From an uncultured archaeon (GTDB taxonomy: Archaea; Hadarchaeota; Hadarchaeia; Hadarchaeales; WYZ-LMO6): DNA of 64,000 nt. The position numbers and the translations under genes were made by a program. Shown one piece after another: positions 47,042 to 56,280 of the stretch. Numbering within the stretch: the first letter of the stretch is position 1; each line of letters starts with the position of its first letter. The DNA is taken from the NCBI GenBank assembly GCA_938074535.1, contig CALJER010000016.1, forward strand, positions 7,816 to 71,815. The letters are read 5' to 3'. The notes below the pieces were generated by a model. The model was given only the letters and a program-made list of their open reading frames with translations, had not been told where the DNA came from and did not search any database.

Positions 47042-47962
47042 CTGAACCTCACCCTGAGCTTTCTGGGGACGGGCGGGAGCATTCCTTCCCCTTCCAGGAG
47101 CCTCCCCTGCCTCGCCGTCAGGAGGGGGGGTGAACTCCTCCTCTTCGACTGCGGGGAGGGAACGCAGGCTCAGATGATGAGGGCAGGCCTCAGCCCCCTC
47201 AAGGTGGATGCCGTGTTCATCTCCCATCTCCACGGTGATCACTTCTTGGGGCTGGCAGGGCTGCTGCAGACGATGTCGCTCTTCGGGAGGGTCCGTCCCC
47301 TTGAGGTCTACGTCCCGCAGGGGGAGGAAGAGAGGATAAGGACCCTCGTGGGGCTGCCCCACTACACCCTGGAATTTGAGGTGAGGGTGAGGGGGCTCAA
47401 GGGGGGGGAGGAAGTGAGGAGGAGCGGCTACCGCCTCCTGACCTCCCCCACCGTCCATGGAGTGGCGGGCCTGGTCTTTTCCCTCGAGGAGTTTCCCAGG
47501 CCCGGGAGGCTCGATCCGGAGAAGGCGGTGGAGCTGGGCGTGACCCCGGGTCCAGCCTTTTCCCTCCTCAAGGCCGGAAAGTCCGTACCCCTCCCGGGGG
47601 GGAGGGAGGTTAAACCGGAGGAGGTGCTTGGTCCCCCCCTTCCTGGCAGGAAGGTGGTGTACGCCGTTGACACCAGGCCGTCGGAGGATACGGTGGCCCT
47701 CGCCAGCGGGGCCGACGTGCTCATCCACGATTCCATGTTCGGAGAGGAGCACCTGGAGAAGGCGAGGGAAGGGGGGCACTCCACTTCCTCCGAGGCCGCC
47801 TGGGTGGCGAAGGAGGCAGGGGTGAAGCTGCTGGTTCTTACCCACCTGAGCCCCAGGTACCAGGAGGCCACCCCCCTCCTGGAGCAGGCAAGGAAGATCT
47901 TCCCCAACACGATGGTGGCTGAGGACCTGATGTCGCTGGAGGTGCCGCTGCCGGGGGTTTAG
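47042..47962 (+). CDS. rnz: Ribonuclease Z (tRNA 3' endonuclease), apparent CTG start
   Basis: Track ORF starts at 47174 (MMRAG...HLHGDH). The conserved N-terminus LTLSFLGTGGSIPSPSRSLPCLAVRRGGELLLFDCGEGTQ is encoded in frame upstream without ATG/GTG/TTG. GGAGGTGA (47030-47037) lies 4 nt before the CTG at 47042. Confidence 0.75.
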   Translation: MNLTLSFLGTGGSIPSPSRSLPCLAVRRGGELLLFDCGEGTQAQMMRAGLSPLKVDAVFISHLHGDHFLGLAGLLQTMSLFGRVRPLEVYVPQGEEERIRTLVGLPHYTLEFEVRVRGLKGGEEVRRSGYRLLTSPTVHGVAGLVFSLEEFPRPGRLDPEKAVELGVTPGPAFSLLKAGKSVPLPGGREVKPEEVLGPPLPGRKVVYAVDTRPSEDTVALASGADVLIHDSMFGEEHLEKAREGGHSTSSEAAWVAKEAGVKLLVLTHLSPRYQEATPLLEQARKIFPNTMVAEDLMSLEVPLPGV

Positions 47963-48355
47963 ATGGGCTCTTGGAAGCAGGAGGGTGTCCTGCTTTTGTG
48001 GTTTCTGCCGGTAGTGGACCTCCTCGCCATGGAGAAAATCCTGCGCTACTACGCCGAGAAAGGGGTCCTGGTCCCGCGCTCCCACGCTAAGCTGGCCATG
48101 CTGGAGAGGTGGGTGGGCTATCTGCCCGCCGGCTTCCTGCTGGGCAGGTGGCTGGGGGCCCTGAGGGCCCTTTCCCTCTTCCTCCTCGGGGTGCTCCTGG
48201 GTGGCCCTGTGGAGGTCCTCCTCATGTGGAGGGGAAAGACCCCATGGCCCTTCCTGAGGGGAAAGGGGGGAAAGCTGCTGGTGCGGATTTTCCTGCTGGA
48301 GGGCTACAACGTCTTGGGGTACTTTGCGCTGGGTCTTCTCTTGGGGGTTCTTTAG
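47963..48355 (+). CDS. Hypothetical membrane protein
   Basis: ORF track 130 aa. The ATG immediately follows the rnz stop. Three or four hydrophobic segments. Confidence 0.45.
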   Translation: MGSWKQEGVLLLWFLPVVDLLAMEKILRYYAEKGVLVPRSHAKLAMLERWVGYLPAGFLLGRWLGALRALSLFLLGVLLGGPVEVLLMWRGKTPWPFLRGKGGKLLVRIFLLEGYNVLGYFALGLLLGVL

Positions 48356-48777
48356 GCCCCCTTCCTCACCTCCTCCAGGGAGACCTCTCTGAGGGCCCTG
48401 CCTTCCTTAGTCCTAGGGGCGAGGTAGTCCAGCACCAGTTCAGGGCTCTTCGTCTCTACCACCACCCTGATGGGCCCCAGAGGCGTTTCGCCTTCCGTGA
48501 AGCTGACTTTTCCCACGAAGGCCGCCTGTTTGTTGAGCCAGAACTCCAGCCTTCCCTCCCCCCTGCCCCTGAGGAGGTAGTTCCTGGAGGAGTCCCTGAT
48601 GGCCTGGAGGCGCAGGAGGTCCCTGAGGTGGGAGAGCACCCCCGGGTCCTCGGAGCTTCCCCTCACCCTCCCTTCCGCCCTTTCCAGAGGGAGGGAGGGG
48701 AAGAGGTTCTTCACGGCCCTCTCCACCTTGGAGGGGTCCTCGCTCGGCCTCACCTCAGCCTCCACCGAGACCCTCAT
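48352..48777 (-). CDS. UPF0201 (COG1931) protein
   Basis: ORF track 141 aa. N-terminal VEAEVRPSEDPSKVERAVKNLFP motif typical of the family. Confidence 0.65.
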   Translation of the reverse strand: MRVSVEAEVRPSEDPSKVERAVKNLFPSLPLERAEGRVRGSSEDPGVLSHLRDLLRLQAIRDSSRNYLLRGRGEGRLEFWLNKQAAFVGKVSFTEGETPLGPIRVVVETKSPELVLDYLAPRTKEGRALREVSLEEVRKGA

Positions 48778-49327
48778 CCCTCAGCATCCCCCTGAAGAGT
48801 TCCTCGGCTTTCGTCCTGAGCTCCTCCAGGGTGCCCTCGTTGAGGAGGAGGCGGTCGGCGAGGGCTAGGGCGTTGCCAGCCCCCCACTCCAGTTCCCTCC
48901 TCTCCTTCTGCAGGAAGCGCTCGTAGTCGCCGGCGTCGTCCTCCCTTTTCCTGGAGGAGATCCTGGAGTATCTGAGGAGGGGACTGGACCACACACCCAC
49001 CACCAGCAGGTCCCTCCCGAAGGCCTTCCTGAACTCCTCCACTTCCTCAAGAGAGCGAATCCCGTCTACCACCACCACGCCCCTTTCCCTCAGTTTTTCC
49101 CTTATGATGGGAAGACACATTCTGGCCACCGCCCCCTTTCCCCCCATCTCCCTCAGCCTGCTGGCCACCTTCCCCACGTTCTCCTCGTTGACCTCCAGCC
49201 CCAGCCTCCTGGTTTCCGCAATCACCACCTCCCCCATGCGCAGGCAGGGAATGCCTAGGGAAAGGGCCACCTTTGCCACCTCCGTCTTGCCTGCGCCCTG
49301 CAGCCCCACCAGCCCCACCACCTTCAA
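48755..49327 (-). CDS. P-loop nucleotide kinase-like protein (UPF0200 / dephospho-CoA-kinase-like)
   Basis: ORF track 190 aa. GLQGAGKT Walker A. Overlaps the UPF0201 gene by 23 nt. Confidence 0.65.
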   Translation of the reverse strand: MKVVGLVGLQGAGKTEVAKVALSLGIPCLRMGEVVIAETRRLGLEVNEENVGKVASRLREMGGKGAVARMCLPIIREKLRERGVVVVDGIRSLEEVEEFRKAFGRDLLVVGVWSSPLLRYSRISSRKREDDAGDYERFLQKERRELEWGAGNALALADRLLLNEGTLEELRTKAEELFRGMLRDEGLGGG

Positions 49328-49339
49328 GCAGCCACCGTC

Positions 49340-49651
49340 CTACGCGGCAGCGGGAGTTTCCTGGGTCTTCTCCCCCTCCGGGAGGGGGGAGATCGTCACC
49401 TCATCCTTGTGTTTGAGCTTGGTGTGGATGCCGGGAATGCGTCTCACCGGCCGGTTGTTGAGCAGCACTTGGTAGCTGTCGCTGAGCTCGCCCGTGGTTG
49501 GGTCCAGCACGCTCTCCACCACCCTAGGGTGCCTCCTCCCCAGCTTCATCAGGAGGGAGTCAAGGGTCTCCTCGTTGTCTATGGGGACCCTCACGCTTCC
49601 AGTTCCCGCTCTCTTGCCCAGGTCCCCCTGCAGGGTAACCATCACATACAT
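49340..49651 (-). CDS. MoaD/ThiS-like beta-grasp (ubiquitin-like) protein without a C-terminal Gly-Gly
   Basis: ORF track 103 aa. LLNNRPV...LKHKDEVTISPLPEG resembles the MoaD/ThiS C-terminus, but it ends ...PEGEKTQETPAAA. Confidence 0.55.
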   Translation of the reverse strand: MYVMVTLQGDLGKRAGTGSVRVPIDNEETLDSLLMKLGRRHPRVVESVLDPTTGELSDSYQVLLNNRPVRRIPGIHTKLKHKDEVTISPLPEGEKTQETPAAA

Positions 49652-49766
49652 CCTGTCGCCGACGGTTTTTGGACGCCTCTTCGTCTAGACACTCCCTCTG
49701 AGGTTGTACAGGTGAGAGTATTCCCAGCGCCATAAAAACTTTTCACGCCACCGCTTTCCCCAAAGC

Positions 49767-49774
49767 CTATATTT
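49767..49774 (+). promoter_or_regulatory. TATA box CTATATTT upstream of the second argG
   Basis: Read directly, about 28 nt upstream of the ATG at 49800 (MKVVLGFSGGLDT), consistent with a leaderless start. Confidence 0.45.
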
Positions 49775-49799
49775 GGGCACGGGCAGAAAAGTTGTTCGC

Positions 49800-50969
49800 A
49801 TGAAAGTCGTGCTGGGCTTCAGCGGCGGGCTCGACACGTGTGCTTGCCTGAAACTCCTTCAGGAGAAGTACGGCGCAGAGGTCATCACCGTGATCGTGGA
49901 CGTGGGCCAGAGACCTGAACTCTTCCGGGTGGCGGAGGAGAGGGCAAGGAAGCTGGGAGCGGCTAAGCATGTGTACGTCGATGCCAAAGAGGAGTTCGTG
50001 AGGGAATACGTGTTCAGGAGCGTGAAGGCCAACGGATGCTACGAGGGTTACCCCCTTTCCATTTCCCTGGCCCGATACCCAACCGCCAGCTGGCTGGCCA
50101 GAATAGCCCTGCGGGAAGGGGCGGAAGCGGTGGCCCACGGATGCACCGGGAAGGGCAACGATCAGTTCAGGTTTGACCTGACTCTTTCCGCCCAGGCGCC
50201 GGGGCTGCGCATCATCGCTCCCATCAGGGAGCTCAATCTTACGAGGGAGGCGGAGGTAGAATACCTGGGGAAGTGCGGTCTCCCCTTCCCCTCCACCCCC
50301 TACAGCGTGGACGAGAACCTCTGGGGCAGGTCCGTCGAGGGAAAAGAGCTGGAGGATCCCTCCCGACCCCCTCCCGAGGAGGCCTTCCAGCTCACCCGGA
50401 GCCCCGCCGAGGCCCCCAAGGAGCCCACCCTTGTGACGCTGGGTTTCGAGGGGGGGGTGCCGGTTTTCCTGAACGGGGAGCGCACGGAGGGGGTAAGGCT
50501 GATAAGGGAGCTCAACCTGCTGGCAGGTGCCTATGGTGTGGGAAGGATAGACGTGATGGAGGACAGGATCCTGGGCCTGAAGGCTAGGGAAGTGTACGAG
50601 GCCCCGGCCGCCACGGTGATCCTGGAGGCCCACAGGGCCCTGGAGGCCCTGGTCCTCACCCGTGAGGAGCTGGCAGTCAAGGAGCGGATGGACCGCAAGT
50701 GGAGCGAGATGGTCTACGGGGGTAGATGGTTCGATCCCCTCCGGGAGGATTTGGAGGCCTTCATAGAGGCCACCCAGCGCAGGGTCACGGGCGAGGTGAA
50801 GGTGGAGCTCCTGCCGGGGAGGGCGCAGGTGGTGGGCAGATCCTCGCCCCACTCCCTCTACGACAGGGAGAGAGTGTCCTTCCACCTGCAGGGTTTCGAC
50901 CAGAGGATGTCGGCCTCCGTCACCAAGTTCCATGGCCTGGACGGAAGGATCCAGAGGATGAGGGGATGA
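49800..50969 (+). CDS. argG: Argininosuccinate synthase (copy 2, heads the argCJBDF cluster)
   Basis: Track ORF 49773..50969 (TTG); ATG at 49800. GFSGGLDT, AHGCTGKGNDQFRF, YSVDENLWGRSVEGKELEDP, KAREVYEAPAA. Confidence 0.88.
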   Translation: MKVVLGFSGGLDTCACLKLLQEKYGAEVITVIVDVGQRPELFRVAEERARKLGAAKHVYVDAKEEFVREYVFRSVKANGCYEGYPLSISLARYPTASWLARIALREGAEAVAHGCTGKGNDQFRFDLTLSAQAPGLRIIAPIRELNLTREAEVEYLGKCGLPFPSTPYSVDENLWGRSVEGKELEDPSRPPPEEAFQLTRSPAEAPKEPTLVTLGFEGGVPVFLNGERTEGVRLIRELNLLAGAYGVGRIDVMEDRILGLKAREVYEAPAATVILEAHRALEALVLTREELAVKERMDRKWSEMVYGGRWFDPLREDLEAFIEATQRRVTGEVKVELLPGRAQVVGRSSPHSLYDRERVSFHLQGFDQRMSASVTKFHGLDGRIQRMRG

Positions 50970-51994
50970 TCCGCGTTTCCCTGGTGGGGGTGGCGGGATA
51001 CACGGGAGGGGAGCTCCTCAGGCTCCTCCTGAGGCACCCTGAGGTGGAGGTGGTGGGAGTGTTCGGAGAGGAGCACGCGGGCGCGCGCCTCGCGGATGTG
51101 CACCCTCATCTCTCGGGCGTGGTGGGGGAGGGAAGGGTGATGAAACCGGATTACGACAGGCTGGGTTCCGAGTCGGACCTGGTCTTCATGGCCACTCCCA
51201 ACGGCGTGGCGATGAAGGTAGTCCCCAGGATCCTGAAGGGGGGGGCCAAAGTGGTGGACCTCAGTGCCGACTACAGGTTCGAGGACGTGGGGGTTTACGA
51301 GAAATACTACACCAAGCACGAGAGCCCCGGAGTGAAGGGGGTCTACGGTCTCCCGGAGCTCCACAAGCAGGAGATAAGAAAGGCCGACTTGATTGCCAAC
51401 CCGGGGTGCTACCCCACCGCGGCCATCCTGGCCCTGGCTCCCCTGATAAAGGGGAGGCTGGTGGAGTTCGACCGGGTGGTGGTGGATGCCATAAGCGGCA
51501 CCTCCGGGGCCGGGAGGGGGCTGAGGGAGAACCTGCACCATCCCGTCTGCGGGGAGAACGTCAGCGCCTACTCAGCCACCAGCCACCGCCACCTGCCCGA
51601 GATAAAGCAGGAGCTGGAGAGACTGGCGGGAGGAAGGGTGGATGTGTGCTTCACGCCTCACCTGGCTCCCGTGGTGAGGGGGATTCTCTGCACGTCCCAC
51701 GTTTTCCTCAGGGAGAAGACCTCCAGAGGGGAACTGCTGAGGGTCTACAGGGAGTTTTACTCAGGTGAGCCCTTCGTGAGGGTGGTGGAGGGTCTTCCCG
51801 AGCTCAACTACGTGGTGGGCTCCAACTACTGCGACATAGGCCTGGAGGTTTCGGAGGAGGGGAGATGGGTGGTGGTGGTTTCCGCCATCGATAACCTCAT
51901 GAAGGGGGGCTCCGGACAGGCCGTTCAGAACATGAACCTGAGGTTTGGGATGGAAGAGACGAAGGGACTGGAGGCCCTCCCCATGCGTCCGTGA
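50966..51994 (+). CDS. argC: N-acetyl-gamma-glutamyl-phosphate reductase
   Basis: Internal ATG of track ORF 50726..51994; ATGA overlap with argG. VGVAGYTGGELLRLL and active-site NPGCYPTA. Confidence 0.9.
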   Translation: MIRVSLVGVAGYTGGELLRLLLRHPEVEVVGVFGEEHAGARLADVHPHLSGVVGEGRVMKPDYDRLGSESDLVFMATPNGVAMKVVPRILKGGAKVVDLSADYRFEDVGVYEKYYTKHESPGVKGVYGLPELHKQEIRKADLIANPGCYPTAAILALAPLIKGRLVEFDRVVVDAISGTSGAGRGLRENLHHPVCGENVSAYSATSHRHLPEIKQELERLAGGRVDVCFTPHLAPVVRGILCTSHVFLREKTSRGELLRVYREFYSGEPFVRVVEGLPELNYVVGSNYCDIGLEVSEEGRWVVVVSAIDNLMKGGSGQAVQNMNLRFGMEETKGLEALPMRP

Positions 51995-51998
51995 GAGG

Positions 51999-53225
51999 AT
52001 GGAACTGAAGAGGCTGAGGGGAGGGATCACGGAGCCGGAGGGCTTCTTGGCGGCGGGGGTGAGGGCGGGGGTGCGCTCCAAGGGTCTGGACCTCGCCCTC
52101 CTGAGCTGCGAGGAGGGTCCCGTCCCCTCCGCGGGTGCCTTCACCACCAACACCGTCAAGGCGGCCCCCGTCATCCTCACCATGAGGCACCTGCGCAGGG
52201 AGCGCAGGCTGGGGGCGGTCGTGGCGAACTCGGGTTGTGCCAATTCCTTCACGGGGGAGAGGGGTTTGAGGGATGCGGCCAGGATGGCTGGGCTGACGGC
52301 GGAGCTTCTGGGCCTCAAAGCCCATCAGGTGGGCGTGGCCTCCACCGGGATGATAGGGACCTACCTCCCCATGGAGAAGGTGGAGGCGGGGATAAGGGAA
52401 GCCGTGGCCAGACTCTCCCCTTCCAGGGAGGCCTCCCGCTCGGCCGCGCGGGCCATCCTCACCACCGACCGCTCCCCCAAGGAGGTGGCCGTGCACGTGG
52501 AGACGGAGGATGGTGTCCCCGTCACCATAGCGGGGATGGCCAAAGGGGCGGGCATGATACGCCCCAGGCTGAGGACGGCCACCATGCTGGTCTTTCTGAC
52601 CACCGACGCCAGGGTGGACCCCCTCTTCCTCCGGTCCTCCCTCCAGGCCTCCGTGGACAGGAGCCTGAACATGATCACGGTGGACAACGACACCAGCACC
52701 AACGACATGGTTCTGGTGATGGCCAGCGGAAGGGCGGGAAACGGGGAGCTGAGGGGCGACAGGAACTTCCAGCGCGGCCTGGACTTCGTCCTCACGGAAC
52801 TGGCTAAGATGATCGTGAAGGGGGCCGAGGGGGCCACCAGGATGATGGAGGTGAGGGTGAAGGGCGCGAGGAGGGGGGAGGCCAGGAAAGCAGCCATGGC
52901 CGTGGCTGGCTCCAACCTGCTCAAGGCGGCGCTCTTCGGAGGAGATCCCAACTGGGGGAGGGTGGTGGCCGCGCTGGGGTACTCAGGAGCGCGCTTCAAT
53001 CCAAGCAGGCTCACCCTGAAGGTGAAAAGCAGGAGGGGGGAGGCCACGCTGGTGGAAAGGGGCAAGCCCCTCGGCGGCCCAGAGCTTCCTGAGGCCGTGG
53101 AAGTGATGAAAGCCAGCGAGATCATTTTCGAGATAGACCTGGGGGAGGGGGAGGAGGAGGCCACGGCCTGGGGATGCGACCTGAGCCACGGCTACGTGAG
53201 GATCAACTCCCGGTACCGAACGTGA
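51999..53225 (+). CDS. argJ: Glutamate N-acetyltransferase / amino-acid acetyltransferase (bifunctional ArgJ)
   Basis: Internal ATG of track ORF 51945..53225. GITEPEGFLAAG, MAKGAGMIRP..ATML autoprocessing region, GYVRINSRYRT C-terminus. Confidence 0.9.
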   Translation: MELKRLRGGITEPEGFLAAGVRAGVRSKGLDLALLSCEEGPVPSAGAFTTNTVKAAPVILTMRHLRRERRLGAVVANSGCANSFTGERGLRDAARMAGLTAELLGLKAHQVGVASTGMIGTYLPMEKVEAGIREAVARLSPSREASRSAARAILTTDRSPKEVAVHVETEDGVPVTIAGMAKGAGMIRPRLRTATMLVFLTTDARVDPLFLRSSLQASVDRSLNMITVDNDTSTNDMVLVMASGRAGNGELRGDRNFQRGLDFVLTELAKMIVKGAEGATRMMEVRVKGARRGEARKAAMAVAGSNLLKAALFGGDPNWGRVVAALGYSGARFNPSRLTLKVKSRRGEATLVERGKPLGGPELPEAVEVMKASEIIFEIDLGEGEEEATAWGCDLSHGYVRINSRYRT

Positions 53226-53293
53226 GGACCCACCTTTAAATAAAGGGGAGGAGTAGAAGAGGACCGGGTGATAGGCTGCAGGATCAGGCCAGC

Positions 53294-54157
53294 GTGCTGC
53301 TGGAGGCCCTGCCCTACATCAGGCGCTTTCACGGGCAGACGATGGTGATAAAGCTCGGGGGTGAGGTCATGGAGAAGAAAAAGACCCTCGATTCCCTCCT
53401 CCAGGATGTGGTCCTCCTGCACTACGTGGGGATGAAGCCCGTGCTGGTGCACGGGGGAGGCCCGGAGATTACCAGGGAGATGAAGAAGGCGGGAAAGGAG
53501 CCGGAGTTCGTGGCGGGGCTGCGCGTGACCGACCGGGAGACCATAGAGATCCTGCACAAGTACCTGGTGGGGAAGCTCAACACGGAGATCGTGCTGGGGA
53601 TAAACAAGCACGGGGGAAAGGCCGTGGGAATTTCCGGGATGGATGGGAAGATGATTCTGGCGAGAAAGATCAGGGAGGTGACCACACCCGACGGTGAGAA
53701 GGTGCAGGTGGATCTGGGGTTCGTGGGGGAGATAGAGAGGATAGACCCGCACATGGTGAACTTCCTGCTCTCCAACGGCTACATACCCGTGCTCTCCCCC
53801 CTGGGAGTGGACGAGGAGGGGAGGAGCCTGAACCTCAACGCCGACACCGTGGCCGCTGAGCTGGCGGTGGTGATGGGCGCCAGGAAGCTCATCGTCCTCA
53901 CCAACGTGAAGGGAATCCTCCGCGACCCCAAGGACGAGGGGAGCCTGATTTCCCAGCTCACGGTGGAGGAGTCAAAATCCCTTCTGGCTTCGGGGGTGGT
54001 TACGGGAGGTATGATCCCCAAGCTCAAGGCCTGCATCAGGGCGGTGGAAGGGGGGGTGGAGAGGGCCCACGTCCTGCAGGGGACGATGCCCCATGCCCTG
54101 CTCCTCGAGCTCCTCACGGACAGGGGGGCGGGGACCATGATCGAGAAAGGGAAGTGA
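53294..54157 (+). CDS. argB: Acetylglutamate kinase
   Basis: ORF track 287 aa, GTG start. ALPYIRRFHGQTMVIKLGG and VLVHGGGP. TTTAAATAAA at 53235-53244 may be an internal promoter. Confidence 0.9.
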   Translation: MLLEALPYIRRFHGQTMVIKLGGEVMEKKKTLDSLLQDVVLLHYVGMKPVLVHGGGPEITREMKKAGKEPEFVAGLRVTDRETIEILHKYLVGKLNTEIVLGINKHGGKAVGISGMDGKMILARKIREVTTPDGEKVQVDLGFVGEIERIDPHMVNFLLSNGYIPVLSPLGVDEEGRSLNLNADTVAAELAVVMGARKLIVLTNVKGILRDPKDEGSLISQLTVEESKSLLASGVVTGGMIPKLKACIRAVEGGVERAHVLQGTMPHALLLELLTDRGAGTMIEKGK

Positions 54158-55345
54158 ATGGAGGAGGTTTTCAGGCTGGACAGGGAGTACCTAGCCCAGA
54201 CCTACAAGCGGTTGCCCGTGGCCTTCGTGAGGGGAAAGGGGATGTTCCTCTGGGACCTGAAGGGGAAGAGGTACCTTGACTTCGTGGCCGGGGTGGCCGT
54301 GAGCGTGCTCGGGCACGCCGACCCGGAGCTCTGCAGGGCCATCTCCCGGCAGGCGGGGAGACTCATCCACATGACCAACCTGGTGCACATCAGGGAGCAG
54401 GTGGAGCTGGGGAGGGAACTGGCGCGGATAGCCCCCGGGGAGGTGAGGAAGTTCTTCTTCTCCAACTCCGGGGCGGAGAGCGTGGAAACGGCCCTCAAGC
54501 TCTCGGTGAAGCACGCGCGGAGGAGGAAGATCCTGGTAGCGGAAAACTCCTTCCACGGCAGGACGCTGGGGGCCCTCTCCGCGACCTGGAAGCCCTCTTA
54601 CCGGGAGCCCTTCCGCTCCCTCCTCCTCCCCAACTTCCAGTTCATCCCCTTCAACGACCTTTCCTCGGCGGAGAAGGCCGTGGACGGGGACACGGCGGCG
54701 GTGATGGTGGAGCCCATCCAGGGGGAGGGGGGCGTGAGGGTGGCTTCCCCCGAGTTCCTCAGGGGCCTTAGGGAACTGTGCGAGGAGAGGGGGGCCCTCC
54801 TCATTTTGGACGAGGTGCAGACGGGCGTGGGGAGGACGGGCAGGTGGTTCGCGTGCGAGCACTATGGGGTGGAGCCCGACGTGGTCACGCTGGCCAAGGG
54901 GCTGGCGGGAGGGGTTCCCATAGGGTGCACGGGCGCCCGCCCCGAGGTGATGGACAGCTTCCAGCCAGGCGACCACGGGGCCACCTTTGGAGGAAACCCC
55001 CTCGCCTGCACCGCTGCGCTAACGGTGATAAGGATCCTGAAGAGGAGAAAGCTGGTGAGGCGGGCGGAGAGGATGGGGGAGTACTTCATGAGGGGGCTGA
55101 AGGAGCTGGAGGAGGACCACCCCTGCGTGAGGGAGGTGAGGGGAAAGGGCCTCATGCTGGGGATGGAGCTGGACGGGGAGGAAAGGGCGGAGGAGGTGGT
55201 GAAGGAGGCCCTGAAGAGGGGTTTCCTGATCAACGCGACCGCGGGGAACGTCCTCAGGTTCCTACCTCCCCTGATCGTGGAGGAGCCCCACGTGGATGCC
55301 CTGATCTCCACCCTCGATGAGCTGCTGGGGAAGGTGGGAGGATGA
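54158..55345 (+). CDS. argD: Acetylornithine aminotransferase (class III PLP)
   Basis: ORF track 395 aa. SGAESVE, DEVQTGVGRTG, TLAKGLAGG. Confidence 0.9.
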   Translation: MEEVFRLDREYLAQTYKRLPVAFVRGKGMFLWDLKGKRYLDFVAGVAVSVLGHADPELCRAISRQAGRLIHMTNLVHIREQVELGRELARIAPGEVRKFFFSNSGAESVETALKLSVKHARRRKILVAENSFHGRTLGALSATWKPSYREPFRSLLLPNFQFIPFNDLSSAEKAVDGDTAAVMVEPIQGEGGVRVASPEFLRGLRELCEERGALLILDEVQTGVGRTGRWFACEHYGVEPDVVTLAKGLAGGVPIGCTGARPEVMDSFQPGDHGATFGGNPLACTAALTVIRILKRRKLVRRAERMGEYFMRGLKELEEDHPCVREVRGKGLMLGMELDGEERAEEVVKEALKRGFLINATAGNVLRFLPPLIVEEPHVDALISTLDELLGKVGG

Positions 55346-56280
55346 AGAGGGATTTGCTGGGAATGGAGGACCTGAGCAGGAGGGAGGTGGAGGAGCTCCT
55401 GAGACTGGCCGGGAGATACAAGAAGGGGAGAAAGAAGGGGAGCTCTTCGGAGCTCAGGGGCAAGACCGTGGCCCTGATCTTCGAGAAGCCCTCCACCAGG
55501 ACCAGGGTCTCCTTCGAGGTGGCCGTCCACGAGATGGGCGGCAAGCCCCTCTTCCTCAGCTCCCAGGAGCTGCAGCTCAGCAGGGGGGAGACGGTGGCGG
55601 ACACCGCCAGGACCCTCAGCCGGTACGTGCACGGCATCGTGGCCAGGGTCTCCTCCCACGACAACCTGGTGGAGCTGGCCAGGTACAGCACCATTCCCGT
55701 GATCAACGCCCTCAGTCCCCTCCAGCACCCCTGCCAGGCCCTCGCCGACCTGCTGACCATGCAGGAGCAGAAGGGGAAGCTGAAGGGCCTGAAGGTGGCC
55801 TGGGTGGGCGACGGAAACAACGTGTGCAACTCCCTGATGCTGGGGTGCGCCACTTTGGGCAGCCACTTCCGAGCCGCCGTTCCTCCGGGCTACGAGCCCC
55901 CCGCGGAGCTGGTGGAGCTGGCCAGGCGGAGGGCGGAGGAAAGCGGGGGAAGCGTGGAGATAGGGCATGATCCCAAGGAGGTGGTCTCCGGAGCGGAAGT
56001 GGTGTACACCGACGTCTTCGTTTCCATGGGGAAGGAAGAGGAGAGGGAGAGGAGGAAGAGGGACTTCCAGGGTTTCCAGGTGAACTCACAGCTCCTGTCG
56101 CTGGCGAGCGAGGAGGTGATCTTCATGCACTGTTTGCCTGCCCACAGGGGGGAGGAAGTTACCGACGAGGTCATAGACGGCCCCCACTCCGTGGTCTTCG
56201 ATCAGGCCGAGAACAGGCTCCACGCTCAAAAGGCCGTGCTCTTCAAACTTCTCTCAGGTCGGGCCCGATCATCCCCTTGA
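55342..56280 (+). CDS. argF: Ornithine carbamoyltransferase
   Basis: ORF track 312 aa. STRTR, HPCQALAD, HCLPA. ATGA overlap with argD. Confidence 0.92.
   Translation: MKRDLLGMEDLSRREVEELLRLAGRYKKGRKKGSSSELRGKTVALIFEKPSTRTRVSFEVAVHEMGGKPLFLSSQELQLSRGETVADTARTLSRYVHGIVARVSSHDNLVELARYSTIPVINALSPLQHPCQALADLLTMQEQKGKLKGLKVAWVGDGNNVCNSLMLGCATLGSHFRAAVPPGYEPPAELVELARRRAEESGGSVEIGHDPKEVVSGAEVVYTDVFVSMGKEEERERRKRDFQGFQVNSQLLSLASEEVIFMHCLPAHRGEEVTDEVIDGPHSVVFDQAENRLHAQKAVLFKLLSGRARSSP

Noticed and set aside
47027-48085. 352-aa minus-strand ORF
   Set aside because: Antisense to RNase Z, with Gly/Pro/His/Leu-rich composition.
49767-50933. 388-aa minus-strand ORF
   Set aside because: Mirror of the second argG, with no motifs.
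54862-55968. 368-aa minus-strand ORF, plus 55317..55970 (+) and 55254..55853 (-)
   Set aside because: These overlap argD/argF in wrong frames or on the wrong strand and have low-complexity Gly/Arg/Pro composition.
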